A DNA stretch of 64,000 bases from Hemiscyllium ocellatum (lineage: Eukaryota): NCBI RefSeq assembly GCF_020745735.1, contig NC_083429.1:49519877-49583876 (forward strand), in the 5' to 3' direction. The position numbers and the translations under genes are program-made. Shown piece after piece: positions 62,898 to 64,000 of this stretch (positions are counted from its first letter, which is position 1; each line of letters starts with the position of its first letter). The notes beneath the pieces are model-generated. The model worked only from the letters and a program-made list of their open reading frames with translations, was not told where the DNA came from and did not search any database.

Positions 62898-63863
62898 GGC
62901 TATGCCAGGCATGGATTTGCTCATCAAAATTACCAGACAATGCCAATCTTTTCCTATCACTGGGCAAAAGTGAAATTGACAAATTACATAGTAATTCATA
63001 AGACAAGCAAAACGTGGGACACCACAGCCACTAGAAAGGTAACTTGGGTAGTTAGAGAGAGAGAGAGAGTCAACAATGGATTTTAAACATAGAAATGGCC
63101 AAATTGGCACATAACCAGATTAGACAAGATGTGGAAGTGCCGATACAGTTCACCTTATAACTCATTCCTCAACTTTTTATGCTGTAAATGCCGAGCACTG
63201 AGCAACACATCTTCCACTATTTCTTCATTTGACTTTGATTCCAGCAGTTGGACCCTTCCATGTGATGAACATTTAAATTGGATCATCTTTGTCAATATCT
63301 TTCAAGTGATTTATGCAACTTTTCTTAGAGCACCCTGAGGTAGCGTCTTTTCCAACAGCAGATAAATTAAGACCTTGCTCAGAAAGGAATTGGTTCCATT
63401 TTGTGACTGTTAATGATTGGTATATTTACAGCGGAAGACAGGTGTAAAAACAGGATGTGGATTGAGGCTAGTTTCAGAAAGAGTCACCAACATCAACATA
63501 CCTGAGATCAATGTGGGGCCGTACAGTTTATCAATAGCCCATTAATGGTTATCTTTTTTTGTGTTTGCTTTAACTAAGAGTAAATGTTAATGAATTGACC
63601 AAGTTTCGAACTTAATGTGGTTGCCTCAATAAGTTAATAAACTACGTGTCCAAAAACTCCAGCTCATCCAGAACCCTGCAAATCACACTTTGAGGATTAG
63701 TTAGCTCAGTTAAGCGGACAGCTGGTTTTCAATGCAGACTGATGCCAATAGGGCAGGTTCAACTTTCATAGTAGCTGAGGTCACTATAAAGACCCTACCT
63801 TCTCAACATTCCTCCTTCCTTAAGGTGCGGTGACCCACAGGATGTATTTATCAACTGTTCCTT

Positions 63864-63888
63864 CTCTCTCTCTCTCTCTCTCTCTCTC
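63864..63888. repeat. (CT)n microsatellite
   Basis: Direct observation. Confidence 0.95.
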
Positions 63889-64000
63889 TAATGAGAGAGC
63901 AGCCTTTGGGATCATGATGGCTTTTACTTATATCCTAACCATGTCCTCACTCACATTAACCTGTTTGCCCCCTCTCCCTGTGCTTGCTAACCTATATCCT

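Noticed and set aside
63129-63400. Short ORFs on both strands in non-repetitive-looking sequence
   Set aside because: No recognisable homology or splice-site pair.
53617-64000. HTR3A exons
   Set aside because: No signal-peptide exon with a donor, nor any RPV/WxPD/Cys-loop coding segment, was recognised.

Overview
Vertebrate, repeat-rich, AT-rich genomic DNA. The repeats (HE1-type V-SINEs, CR1 LINEs) point to an elasmobranch (shark) genome. The window holds one complete 9-exon Cys-loop receptor gene on the + strand (28510-53616; 1383-nt spliced CDS, 460 aa, all GT-AG introns in phase), best called HTR3B (5-HT3B subunit). A CpG island with a probable first coding exon of USP28 lies on the - strand (9408-9455), head-to-head as in the mammalian USP28-HTR3B-HTR3A locus. 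The rest is mostly retroelements: about 13 V-SINEs, many CR1/L2-type LINE fragments and one young 2-kb CR1 in a three-layer nest. The most interesting signal is more than 15 short (120-250 bp) palindromic or single-arm elements. Many have 10-17 bp target-site duplications, and their arms encode a minimal type-I hammerhead ribozyme motif (CUGANGA-A-stem II-GAAA-palindromic stem III-NUH). The motif occurs in at least four sequence-divergent families with structure-preserving variation, and the inner boundary of the elements repeatedly falls just before the ribozyme core. They are probably Penelope-like-element derivatives. The 5-HT3B-like protein also keeps principal-face agonist-binding aromatics that human 5-HT3B has lost. 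All calls were made by eye; no database searches or folding programs were run.
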